From an uncultured delta proteobacterium (lineage in GTDB: Bacteria > Desulfobacterota > Desulfomonilia > UBA1062): a stretch of 64,000 nt of DNA. Shown one piece after another: positions 19,448-29,742 of this stretch. Every line of letters starts with the position of its first letter. Positions within the stretch are counted from its first letter, which is position 1. The notes beneath the pieces are model-generated. The model worked only from the letters and a program-made list of their open reading frames with translations. It did not search any database and had not been told where the DNA came from. The stretch covers positions 14,974 to 78,973 of the forward strand of contig CAWCTR010000016.1 in the NCBI GenBank assembly GCA_963798485.1. The letters run 5' to 3'. The position numbers were made by a program, and so were the translations under genes.

Positions 19448-19941
19448 TGCATGACCCCCTTGCTCTCTCCTGCATTCACCCGGACTTTCACCCTGCCGCC
19501 CGCACCTTCAACCACCTGGGTATCGTTCTTTTTATCCATGGTTACCTTCTGGCCGGATACCCGTTCCTGGCCTCTGGTGATGACAACGTTGCCGGTCATT
19601 ACCATAACATCATTTGTAAGGTTATATTCCGCCTTGCTGCACGTAGCATCTTTGTCTTTCCAAAGAATGGTCACGTCACCCTCGGCGGTCAACAAGGTAA
19701 CCTTCCGGGATTTCTGGTCGTACAATAAGGTGAGGGTGTCTCCCTTGACGGTGATATCCGGTTTGACTGCCTTTACCTTGCCTTTGAATATTGCCGTACC
19801 GTTCTTGGTGTTCACGTCCAGTCTGTCCGCCTCGATATCTACCATATCGGTTGCAGCCACAGGCGTCTTGAGGGCCTCCGCATGAAGCGCATGCGGCAAC
19901 AACACGCTAAGGATTAAGAATATTCTGCATAATCTGCGCAT
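19435..19941 (-). CDS. lptA: LPS transport periplasmic protein
   Basis: Signal peptide, OstA-like beta-jellyroll pattern, located between lptC and lptB. Confidence 0.85.
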   Translation of the reverse strand: MRRLCRIFLILSVLLPHALHAEALKTPVAATDMVDIEADRLDVNTKNGTAIFKGKVKAVKPDITVKGDTLTLLYDQKSRKVTLLTAEGDVTILWKDKDATCSKAEYNLTNDVMVMTGNVVITRGQERVSGQKVTMDKKNDTQVVEGAGGRVKVRVNAGESKGVMQWGK

Positions 19942-20440
19942 GAACCCTGCCTATAAAAGCGATCCTCGTAAACTCTTCGGAAAACTCCGCCTTATCCGAG
20001 GTTATGATCCCATCTTTTGATTCGAGCCTAACGGGATTATCCGTATGGGCGGCATCTTTCTCCCTGTTCCAGGTAAGGCCGTTCAGTATCGCCTGAGAGC
20101 CACCCACCCTGTTGATAACCACCTGATTCCTGACCTCCAGTATGGAGCTGGTGCGATCATAGATTGCGTCTGTCCCGCTCATGGTCAGCTCACCTGGTTG
20201 GGTGAGAAGAAAATCCTTAAGATGCACGACCTGCCCCCCTGTCTCATCCACCTCCCGGGCGGACACCTCCATGGTCTTGCCGTTTTGGTGTTTACGCTCG
20301 AACATTACCACATTCATGGCCTGGCGTTTGAGCTGTGCGCCCTTGTTCAGGGACGGCCCCCGTTCATTTTCACGGGAAATTGAGACAATGAATGTTAGTG
20401 CGATGATGACAAGCGTGAACCAGATCAGCTTATTCCACAT
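19907..20440 (-). CDS. lptC: LPS export protein LptC
   Basis: Single N-terminal TM plus beta-rich domain; synteny kdsC-lptC-lptA-lptB. Confidence 0.75.
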   Translation of the reverse strand: MWNKLIWFTLVIIALTFIVSISRENERGPSLNKGAQLKRQAMNVVMFERKHQNGKTMEVSAREVDETGGQVVHLKDFLLTQPGELTMSGTDAIYDRTSSILEVRNQVVINRVGGSQAILNGLTWNREKDAAHTDNPVRLESKDGIITSDKAEFSEEFTRIAFIGRVHAQIMQNILNP

Positions 20441-20933
20441 AGCGCTCCATGACCTTATCGAAAAGACCCTCGCGCTTCAACAGTATTTCAATGGCCTCTC
20501 TGACCGCCCCGTGCCCGCCCGGTTTGGTGGTCACCACGTCACAGCGCTCCTTCACCATATCCATGGCATCGGCCGGGGCAAAGGTCATACCGCAGACGGA
20601 CATGGGGGGGAGGTCCACAACATCATCCCCCATGTAGGCCATGTTTATCGGTTCAATGCCAAGCTTGCCCGCCGCTTCCAGCAATAACGGTTTTTTATCT
20701 ATGGCTCCCTGGAAGACATGCATGATACCGAGTTCGGCTGCCCGGTACTCCAGGGCCTTTGATGTCCTGCCGGTAATGATGACCACCTCGATACCGGCCC
20801 TCAGGAGCATCCTGAGGCCGTGCCCGTCCTTAGAGTTAAAGGCCTTGATCTGGGTACCCTCATCGGTAAAATAGATTCGGGAGTCTGTGAGTACACCGTC
20901 TACATCGAGTACAAGGCACGAGATCTTGTTCAT
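20430..20933 (-). CDS. kdsC: KDO 8-phosphate phosphatase (HAD-IIIA)
   Basis: DVDGVLTD, KDGHG, ITGR, GDDVVD, GGHGAVRE. Confidence 0.95.
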   Translation of the reverse strand: MNKISCLVLDVDGVLTDSRIYFTDEGTQIKAFNSKDGHGLRMLLRAGIEVVIITGRTSKALEYRAAELGIMHVFQGAIDKKPLLLEAAGKLGIEPINMAYMGDDVVDLPPMSVCGMTFAPADAMDMVKERCDVVTTKPGGHGAVREAIEILLKREGLFDKVMERYVE

Positions 20934-21742
20934 GAGGCCACCTTATGGATCTTTTTCAATTGAATCAGGAGCGGCTCAAGATCATCGAGCCTCAGGCTGT
21001 TGGGCCCGTCGCTCAGCGCCAGGGCCGGGTTGTCATGCACCTCCAGGAAGACGCCGTCGAGCCCGAAGGCAACCCCTGCGCGGGCCAGATGGGGGATATA
21101 TTCGCTGTTACCGCCCGAAGATGCACCCTGCCCGCCTGGAAGCTGGAGGCTGTGGGTCACATCCAGGATCACGGGAAAACCAAGCGAACGCATGATGGCA
21201 AGGCTCCTCAAGTCACACACCAGGTTGTTATACCCCAGGCTCGCTCCACGCTCGGTGAGGACGATGGCATTGTTACCCGTACTTTGCACCTTTGAGGCGG
21301 CATTGGACATGTCCCATGGCGCCATGAACTGCCCTTTTTTGATGTTCACCGGCAGGCCTGTGGCACCGGCTGCAACCAGGAGATCCGTCTGCCGGCACAG
21401 GAACGCCGGGATCTGGAGCATGTCCAGTACCTCTGCAGCAGGACCCGCCTGGGAAGGATCGTGGATATCCGATACGACGGGGATGGATAATTCTTTTTTG
21501 ATCTTATCCAGGATCTTAAGGCCCTTGATGAGACCAGGGCCACGATATGAATCAATGGATGAGCGGTTCGCCTTGTCAAAGGAGGCCTTGAAGATATAGG
21601 GAATCCCGATGCGTGAGGCGATGTCCCGGATGTTTTGGGCCATAAACAGGGCATGGTCTTCTGATTCGATGACGCACGGACCCGCGATCAAGACCAGGCC
21701 GCCACTACCGATAGTGATGTCATGAATCTTTATCTTATGCAT
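20930..21742 (-). CDS. kdsA: KDO 8-phosphate synthase
   Basis: AGPCVIE, KASFDKANRSS, QIPAFLCRQT, KKGQF, SDG. Confidence 0.97.
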   Translation of the reverse strand: MHKIKIHDITIGSGGLVLIAGPCVIESEDHALFMAQNIRDIASRIGIPYIFKASFDKANRSSIDSYRGPGLIKGLKILDKIKKELSIPVVSDIHDPSQAGPAAEVLDMLQIPAFLCRQTDLLVAAGATGLPVNIKKGQFMAPWDMSNAASKVQSTGNNAIVLTERGASLGYNNLVCDLRSLAIMRSLGFPVILDVTHSLQLPGGQGASSGGNSEYIPHLARAGVAFGLDGVFLEVHDNPALALSDGPNSLRLDDLEPLLIQLKKIHKVAS

Positions 21743-21951
21743 AAACCCCTTCTCAATTGTGTAACCGAGCCGCCATGCATAATACTAACCGGCGCTCCTG
21801 TTAGAAGATTTATCGTATGGCAAGGGGGGTGTCAAGCAATCACAAGAAAAGATCTTGAAACATCTTCTGTTAGAACCTAAACATTATATAGGTTAGGGTG
21901 AGTGAAACGAATCCCAACGATTTTATTTGGGGACAAAGGAGTCTTACAGGG

Positions 21952-24598
21952 ATGGATGTAAACAAATTTACGCAAAAATCGCAGGAAGCGCTTGCCAACG
22001 CCCAGAATACCGCTGTCCGGTTCGGACATGCCGAGATGGACGTGGAGCACCTGCTGCTGGCGCTGATCGAGCAGCCGGACGGACTCGTGCCCAGGCTCAT
22101 TGCCAAGATGGACGTGCCATTACCGAGCTTTGCCGCCGAGGTGGTCAAAGAGCTCGAACGCAGGCCCAAGGTATCCGGCCCCGGGGCGGAACCCGGCAAG
22201 ATACTCGTTTCCCAGAGGCTGGGCAGGGTCCTGGTGAAGGCCAAGGAAGAGGCTGCGCGCCTCAAGGATGAATATGTATCTGTCGAGCACCTGCTCTTTG
22301 CCATGATCGAAGAGGGCAAGTCCTCACCGGCGGCAAAGATCCTTGCCCAGTTCAAGATCACCAAAGAGCGCCTGCTGCAGGCACTGACCTCCATAAGGGG
22401 CAACCAGCGCGTGACCAGCGACAACCCCGAGACCGCCTACGAGGCCCTGGAGAAGTACGGCATCGACCTCGTGGCCCAGGCCCAACTCGGCAAGCTCGAC
22501 CCGGTCATCGGGCGCGACGCCGAGATCAGGCGCGTGGTGCGCATCCTTTCGAGAAAGACCAAGAACAACCCGGTACTCATCGGCGAACCGGGAGTGGGTA
22601 AGACGGCGATCGTGGAAGGCCTGGCCCAGAGGATCGTGCGCGGGGATGTGCCCGAGGGGCTCAAGGACAAGACCGTGTTCTCCCTGGACATGGGTTCCCT
22701 TGTCGCAGGGGCAAAGTACCGGGGCGAATTTGAGGAGCGGTCTGAAGGCCGTTCTGGCCGAGATCAAGGCGAGCGAAGGCAGGATACTGCTCTTTATCGA
22801 CGAGCTGCACAATATCGTAGGCGCCGGCAGGGCCGAGGGCTCCATGGACGCAGGCAACATGCTCAAGCCCATGCTGGCAAGAGGCGAACTCCACTGCATC
22901 GGAGCTACCACACTGGATGAGTACCGCAAGTACGTTGAAAAGGACAAGGCCCTGGAGCGCCGTTTCCAGCCCGTAGTGGTGGAGCCGCCCACCGTGGAGG
23001 ACACCATTTCGATCCTGCGGGGGCTCAAGGAGCGGTTCGAGGTGCACCACGGGGTGAAGATCCTGGACAACTCTCTCGTTGCTGCATCCATACTGTCCAA
23101 CCGCTACATCACGGACCGTTTCCTGCCGGACAAGGCCATTGACCTGGTGGATGAGGCATGTGCCATGATCCGCACCGAGATCGACTCCATGCCGTCTGAA
23201 CTCGACACGGTGACACGCAAGATCATGCAACTGGAGATCGAAGAGGCGGCCCTGAAAAAGGAGAAGGACAAGGCTTCTCACGCCAGGCTCGATGAGCTTC
23301 GTAACGAGCTGGCCGACCTCAAGGAGCACTCAGGCGCCATGCGCGCCCAGTGGGAGAGCGAGAAGGAATCCATCCACAAGATCACCAGGGTGAGAGAAGA
23401 GATCGAGGAGACCAAGCGCCTCATCGAACGCGCCGAGCGGGATTACGACCTGAACAAGGCCGCCGAACTCAGGCACGGAAAGCTTCCCCAGCTGGAGCGG
23501 CATCTTGCCGAGGCTGAAAAGACCGAAGGCACTTCAAAGACAAGGCTGCTGCGCGAGAGTGTGACCGAAGACGTGATCGCGGACATCGTGTCGCGCTGGA
23601 CCGGCATCCCTGTCTCCCGGCTCGTGGAAGGGGAGAAGGAAAAACTGCTGCGGCTCGATGATATCCTTCACAAGCGGATCATAGGCCAGGATGAGGCGGT
23701 TAAGGCCGTTGCGGATGCGGTCATCCGGGCGCGCTCAGGCATCAAGGACCCGCGGCGGCCCATCGGCTCGTTCATCTTTTTAGGCCCCACGGGCGTGGGC
23801 AAGACCGAGCTCGCCAAGGCCCTGGCCGAGGCCCTGTTCGACACGGAAGAAAACATGGTCCGCATCGACATGAGCGAGTACATGGAGAAGCATGCAGTGT
23901 CCCGCCTCATCGGATCACCCCCTGGTTACGTCGGGTATGAAGAGGGCGGCCAGCTTACCGAGGCGGTCAGGCGCAAGCCATATTCCGTGGTGCTCTTCGA
24001 CGAGATCGAGAAGGCCCACAGCGATGTGTTCAACGTGCTCCTGCAGATCCTGGATGACGGCAGGGCCACCGACTCCCACGGCAGGACCGTAAACTTCAAG
24101 AACACGGTCATCATTATGACCAGCAACATAGGGTCTGCCGACCTTATCGAAGGGGTGAGCAAGGACGGCGAGATAAGCGAGAAGGCGAGGAAGGCCGTGC
24201 TCTCTGAGATGCGAGAGCACTTCAAGCCCGAGTTCCTCAACAGGGTGGACGACATCGTGCTCTTTAAGGCCCTCACACTCTCCGAGATCAAGCAGATCGT
24301 AGTGCTGCTCGCCTCTGAGATCGAAAAACGGCTTGCCGAGCGTCAGATCAGTTTCTCTCTCAGCGAGGCCGCCAAGGAATTCATCGCCAAAGAGGGGTAT
24401 GACCCGGTCTATGGGGCACGGCCTTTGAAGCGGTTTATCCAGCGTGAGCTTGAGACCAAGCTCGGCCGGGCCATCATAGCGGGGGATGTCATGGACGGCT
24501 CTGAGGTGGCGGTGGATGTGAAGGGATCAGAACTGGTTTTCAAGATGGGAAAACCTCAAGGGCATGACAAGCCGACCCAGGCCGCCGCAAAAGCATAA
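21952..24598 (+). CDS. clpB: ClpB disaggregase; apparent +1 frameshift at ~22740
   Basis: [31 protein letters not shown] then (other frame) LKAVLAE, coiled-coil M domain, [15 protein letters not shown]; GAGCGGTCTG has one extra base. Confidence 0.95.
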
Positions 24599-24626
24599 AT
24601 TAGGGATGATCCGATTACCTCACCGA

Positions 24627-25529
24627 CTATTTTGATGAGATGATAAGGCCAATGGCAAGGAGCACACCATAGAGCAAGGAAAGACGGGCAGTCAAGGCAA
24701 GGGCTTCATTCAGGACCGACCCAGTCTGGATCATGACCCCACGGGCCGTACTCCAGGCCATTGGAACAGAGATCAGAGGAAGGAGCATCCAAAGACTTGA
24801 GCCTCTAACAACCCAGAGCAGAACTGCCATCAGGTACGATGAAGTTATGAGTATGATAAACTCTATGCGGGTTGCTCTCTCACCAAGAATGACGGCCAGG
24901 GTACGTTTATTGACCTTGGCATCCGTACCTAGGTCCCTCAAATTATTCACTACGAGTATTGCGGTAATCAATAGGCCTATGGGTATCGACGCCATTACAG
25001 CCAGCAAAGTAATATGCAAAGTTTGAACATAATAGGTTCCGCAAACCGCAACTAGCCCAAAGAAAATAAATACAAAGAGGTCTCCGAGTCCATGGGAAGC
25101 AAGTGGATAAGGGCCACCGCTGTACATAAGCGCTGCAAGGATAGATGAAACACCGACAGCAAAGATGGGTAAGCCGGCCACTATGATGAGATAGATCCCA
25201 ATGCACGCCACTATGAAGAAGGTGAAAAACATGGCATTCCTTACTTTATTCGGCGAGATCAGTCCACTGTGGGTCACCCGGATGGGACCGACTCGCTCTT
25301 CAGTGTCGAATCCCCTGACAGAGTCGAAGTAGTCATTGGCCAGATTCACGCCTACCTGGAGCAGCAGGCTACCCGCCAACGCTGCAATGGCTGGCAGCAA
25401 CTTAAATTGACTATCGGCACAAGCTGCAGCTGAGCCGACTATAACCGGAGTAATTGAAGCAGGTAGTGTCCTTGGGCGGATCGCAAGCAGCCAAGCCTGT
25501 GAAGAAGATAGTGCATCTTTTCTTCTCAT
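24627..25529 (-). CDS. menA: 1,4-dihydroxy-2-naphthoate polyprenyltransferase
   Basis: RPRTLPAS, NLANDYFD, YSGGPYP, NNLRD..D..KRTL. Confidence 0.92.
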   Translation of the reverse strand: MRRKDALSSSQAWLLAIRPRTLPASITPVIVGSAAACADSQFKLLPAIAALAGSLLLQVGVNLANDYFDSVRGFDTEERVGPIRVTHSGLISPNKVRNAMFFTFFIVACIGIYLIIVAGLPIFAVGVSSILAALMYSGGPYPLASHGLGDLFVFIFFGLVAVCGTYYVQTLHITLLAVMASIPIGLLITAILVVNNLRDLGTDAKVNKRTLAVILGERATRIEFIILITSSYLMAVLLWVVRGSSLWMLLPLISVPMAWSTARGVMIQTGSVLNEALALTARLSLLYGVLLAIGLIISSK

Positions 25530-25777
25530 AATATTTTCACCATATGTTTTACCCCCGGAAAATGCAGATTTATATCAGGTATATCAGGATTAGCTTTAAG
25601 GTGAATCTGTTTTATATTGGGAATCATACTATTTCAAAGAGAGGGTATGCCTCAAGTGACTCCCAATACAGCTATTACAAAAGTGCAGGCAGCCACCCAT
25701 GGGACCCCGGCTCACTCAGGGCTCTCTCCACTCTGATAGGCAATAAGAGTATTTTACAAGGGGCATTGATAAACACC

Positions 25778-26580
25778 ATGAATATATATAGACCCAGGAT
25801 CATACCCATAATAATTACAATCTGCATACTTCTTTTCCTCCCCGACATGCAGAAGGCTGTTTTTGCCGCCACCTCTGGTGCAAAAGAAAAATATCGGGAA
25901 GCTAATTCGGCATATGTTGAGCTATCACGAGATGCAAGCCTCCGGAAGGACAAAGCCAACTGGGTGAAGGTGGTGCAAAAGTTTGATGATGTCACAACAG
26001 GATACCCTGAATCGTCTTTTGCCCCGAAAGCCTTATATATGGAGGGAAAACTCTACGAGCAGATCTATGGCTACTTCTTCAGGAAGGCTGACCTTGAAGA
26101 AGCAGTTAAAGCCTATAAGACGGTCGTCAGCAAGTATCCCGATTCCGGAACTGTGCCCGATGCCCTTTTCAGGGAGGCCAAAGTCTACGAGGTCAGGCTA
26201 CGAGAGAAAAAGAAGGCCATCGAACTATATCATGAGATCGTGAAGAAGTATCCAAGAGGGGATATTTCCTGGAAGGCGAGAGCTGCTCTTCACAGCCTTG
26301 AGAAAAAAAAGAACGGGGGTGAGGAGAAGGCTCCCGATGTGGATAATCAGGAAGGTACCGATCTCAAGCACAAGGAGACAAAGCAATCTGATAAGACCCT
26401 TGACCGGAATGAGGATGCGATCACTGTGGACAAGGATAATACACCTTCACAAGTTATGGGTAATCAGTCTTCGGTAACAAATGGACTCTCTCGCAAAATA
26501 TCGAAGATCGTCATTGACCCAGGCCATGGAGGGAAGGACACTGGAGCAATAGGACCAGATGGTGAGAAGGAAAAAGATCA
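25778..26580 (+). pseudogene. Truncated TPR + N-acetylmuramoyl-L-alanine amidase (Amidase_3)
   Basis: Signal peptide, TPR repeats, then KIVIDPGHGGKDTGAIG..GEKEKD; the rest of the catalytic domain is absent (ORF continues to 26719 with unrelated sequence). Confidence 0.65.
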
Positions 26581-27020
26581 AAGTCAATCAAGCTACTCTC
26601 CTTGCCATATTTGCAATCATACTGGTCCTTGTGGGGGCAGTCGTATTTCTGGAAAAGGGTATGCACAGAAGGGAAGCACAACATGTACTGGCGGCACCTG
26701 CAAAGCTTTTGAAACCTGATTTAATTATAAAGGGCTGTCTGTTTGATCTCGGAATTCATAAAGACCAGACAACGACCTATAATCATACAATCAAGGTGGA
26801 GTCCCGTAAAAACTTCACCCGTGATCAGTTGTCATTCGCATTCAAGCCAGTCGAGAAATACGGCAACATCGAGATCAAGGATATCGGGTATGTAACAATA
26901 GAAGTTGGTGACGAGACCTGGATACACATCATCCAGCGTCTCTGTAAACAAATTCCATGCTTCAGCCGGAAGAACCATAAGCACCTACTTCAGGAATACA
27001 CCCATCCTCTTCATTACTGA
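26559..27020 (+). CDS. Hypothetical membrane-anchored protein, possibly a fragment
   Basis: Basic N-terminus MVRRKKIK plus one TM helix; overlaps the amidase breakpoint; C-terminus looks non-native. Confidence 0.45.
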   Translation: MVRRKKIKVNQATLLAIFAIILVLVGAVVFLEKGMHRREAQHVLAAPAKLLKPDLIIKGCLFDLGIHKDQTTTYNHTIKVESRKNFTRDQLSFAFKPVEKYGNIEIKDIGYVTIEVGDETWIHIIQRLCKQIPCFSRKNHKHLLQEYTHPLHY

Positions 27021-27057
27021 TATGATAGTATCCTGCTTCTTCTTGATCACGGCATGT

Positions 27058-28035
27058 TCACCCGGCACAAGCTTTTATCCCGAAACATGCCACAAAATGG
27101 CCCTCTTCTGCTTCCTTCAGTTCAGGCCTTTCAAGGGTGCATTCATCCATGGCCTTGGGACAGGTCGGCCTGTATGGGCAACCGGTCTGACTCTGGATAC
27201 CTGTAAGGTCAGCAGACACCTGAAGTGACCTCGATTCGGGGAGCCTCCCTGATGCCTCGGGCACTGCTGCCATAAGGCACCGGGTATAGGGGTGGAGGGG
27301 GTTGTCGAAGATGGTCTGCGCCCGCGCGAGTTCCACAATGCGGCCCTGGTACATGACCGCAATGCGATGAGAAAGGTAGCCCACCACGGCAAGGTCATGG
27401 GAGATGAACAGATACGACAGCTTGAATTGGGCCTGGAGATCGGTAAGGAGGTTTATGACCTGGGCCTGGATAGATACATCCAATGCGGAAACCGGCTCGT
27501 CGCAGATGATGAGCTTGGGGTTGATGGCCAGGGCCCGGGCAATACAGATCCTCTGGCGCTGTCCGCCTGAGAACTCGTGCGGATAACGACCCAGCATATC
27601 AGTGCTTAAGCCGACCATATTGAGCAACAGCAAAACCCTCTCCCAGATCTCGTTCTTGTTCCCGGTCTTATGGACGATCATGGGCTCTTCGATTATAGAG
27701 AGGATTTTTTTTCTCGGGTTCAAAGAACCGAAGGGGTCCTGGAAGATCACCTGCATGCCCCTGCGGACCTTCTTGAGGGTCTCCCCCTTTGCATGCAAGA
27801 TATCCATCCCGTCAAAGACGATCTTTCCTTTATCCGGGTCTAAGAGCCTCAGTATCAGCTTGCCCAGTGTGGTTTTGCCGCACCCTGACTCCCCCACAAG
27901 CCCCAAGGTCTCGTTGGGCCACAGGTCGAAGTCTACACCGTTCACGGCATGGACAAACCCGGCCGTTCTGCCGAAGGCGCCCGATCGGATGGGGAAGGAC
28001 TTCATGAGCCCCTGTACACTAAGGATAGGGTTCAT
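27058..28035 (-). CDS. oppF: Oligopeptide/dipeptide ABC transporter ATP-binding subunit
   Basis: Start ATG 28035; [33 protein letters not shown]-terminal Cys cluster. Confidence 0.9.
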   Translation of the reverse strand: MNPILSVQGLMKSFPIRSGAFGRTAGFVHAVNGVDFDLWPNETLGLVGESGCGKTTLGKLILRLLDPDKGKIVFDGMDILHAKGETLKKVRRGMQVIFQDPFGSLNPRKKILSIIEEPMIVHKTGNKNEIWERVLLLLNMVGLSTDMLGRYPHEFSGGQRQRICIARALAINPKLIICDEPVSALDVSIQAQVINLLTDLQAQFKLSYLFISHDLAVVGYLSHRIAVMYQGRIVELARAQTIFDNPLHPYTRCLMAAVPEASGRLPESRSLQVSADLTGIQSQTGCPYRPTCPKAMDECTLERPELKEAEEGHFVACFGIKACAG

Positions 28036-29063
28036 GCCCCCTTGTACCTCCAGCAGCTGACCTCTCGGGCGGTACAAGGGTGAAAGATCGGGGGAAACTC
28101 GGCCCTGCATATGTCCATCACCTCAGGGCACCGTGGGTTGAATGTGCATCCGCGGGGAATGTCCTTAAAGGTGGGGACGTTGCCCGGTATGGCATAGAGT
28201 CTATCGCCCATGAAACCCTCACTGAGCCTTGGCACGGACTTCATGAGCCCCTTTGTGTAAGGGTGCAGGGGCTCTAGAAAGATTTCATCGGCCTTTGAAT
28301 ATTCCACTATATGGCCTGTGTACATGACCGCCACATCCTGGCATACCTGTGCAACAACACCGAGGTCATGGGTCACCAGGATTATGGATGCCCCGATCTC
28401 TTCCTTGAGGTCTCTCATGAGGCCCAGGATCTGCGCCTGGGTGGTCACATCCAATGCCGTGGTGGGCTCATCGGCAATGAGCAGTGTGGGCCTGCATGCC
28501 ATGGCCATGGCAATCATAACGCGCTGGCACATGCCGCCGCTGAGTTGGTGGGGATAATCCCTTATCCTCTTATGGGCTTCGGGTATGCCGACCATATTCA
28601 GCATATCCGCGGCGATGTCCAGGGCCTGTTTTTTTGTGCCGGCAATTTGCCGCTGGTGCAGAAGGATCACCTCGGCGATCTGTGAGCCGATGGTAAACAC
28701 CGGATTGAGCGACGTCATGGGCTCCTGGAAGATCATGGAGATCTTATTGCCCCTGATGGCGCGCATCCTGTCCGCCTTCAAGCCCAGCAGGTCAACACCC
28801 TGGAACGTGATGCTGCCATGCGTAATCTTGCCCGGCGGGTCAGGGACCAGCCTGAGGATGGACAGGGCGAGCACGGTCTTCCCGCAACCGGATTCGCCCA
28901 CGATGCCGAGTGTATGCCCGGCCTTCAGTGCAAGGGTTACACCGTCTACGGCCTTCACCACACCCTCGGGGGTGAAAAAGGATGTGTGCAGACCTTGAAT
29001 ATCAAGGAGATTATCGCCTTGTTCTCTCAGAGAAGGCATCTCAAGTCCTGCCGAAGCGTTCAT
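28032..29063 (-). CDS. oppD: Oligopeptide/dipeptide ABC transporter ATP-binding subunit
   Basis: [42 protein letters not shown]. Confidence 0.9.
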   Translation of the reverse strand: MNASAGLEMPSLREQGDNLLDIQGLHTSFFTPEGVVKAVDGVTLALKAGHTLGIVGESGCGKTVLALSILRLVPDPPGKITHGSITFQGVDLLGLKADRMRAIRGNKISMIFQEPMTSLNPVFTIGSQIAEVILLHQRQIAGTKKQALDIAADMLNMVGIPEAHKRIRDYPHQLSGGMCQRVMIAMAMACRPTLLIADEPTTALDVTTQAQILGLMRDLKEEIGASIILVTHDLGVVAQVCQDVAVMYTGHIVEYSKADEIFLEPLHPYTKGLMKSVPRLSEGFMGDRLYAIPGNVPTFKDIPRGCTFNPRCPEVMDICRAEFPPIFHPCTAREVSCWRYKGA

Positions 29064-29181
29064 TGTGAATTTTCCATCCATTCCCTTATAGGATTATCTT
29101 CTCACGTGTTAAGATATAACAGATTCACTGATATCACGATACTACCGGACTTCCAAGTTAACTCATCAGTGGATAAAAACC

Positions 29182-29532
29182 TCAGAACATCACCCTTGAT
29201 CCACCATTTTCACACAAGAAGTGCACTTGACTTACCCCCTCCTTTAAGCGGATGGCCTTGGCAAGATCCTCATAAAGACTTTCTTCAATGGGGTCCATTA
29301 TCGAGACCGGTCTGCCGTCTTCACGCAGGCAAAACCGTAACGATACAATGCGGCCTGTCACAACAGCATAGCTGCATCCTGCGGGGCCGCAACATGACCG
29401 GTCCATCACTGCATATCCTACAAGGTACAGTATCCGGCCTGCAGGATGGTCAAGCCTCTCTTCTCTTGTGAAAAGGTAATGACCTCCTATTGCTTCAACT
29501 TCCTCACCTAGCTGGGGGTGTACAAACTCCAC
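29182..29532 (-). CDS. Hypothetical protein with SCCGxxGC motif
   Basis: 116-aa ORF (GTG start, GGAGG-like RBS), plausible globular composition. Confidence 0.65.
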   Translation of the reverse strand: MEFVHPQLGEEVEAIGGHYLFTREERLDHPAGRILYLVGYAVMDRSCCGPAGCSYAVVTGRIVSLRFCLREDGRPVSIMDPIEESLYEDLAKAIRLKEGVSQVHFLCENGGSRVMF

Positions 29533-29742
29533 GAGCCCTCCTTTGCAGCCGGCCCATTTTCACTTCCATAGATGATCATAACTTCTTTATTGTCAAGCTG
29601 ATCATGGAGTTACTGAAATGTATTTCACGTTTGTTATCTCTTCATAATCCGGTTAAAGTTTGTATATCCGTCCTCCGATGAACCATATATCATGGCCTGT
29701 GACTGGTAGAAGTACTATCTAAGAGAAAGGTATTGTTAAAAG

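Noticed and set aside
22730-22750. Programmed ribosomal frameshift in clpB
   Set aside because: No slippery heptamer or obvious stimulatory structure; similar indels elsewhere point to sequencing error
24600-27050. Horizontally acquired island (appears somewhat more AT-rich)
   Set aside because: No integrase, tRNA target or flanking direct repeats; the composition shift was judged by eye only
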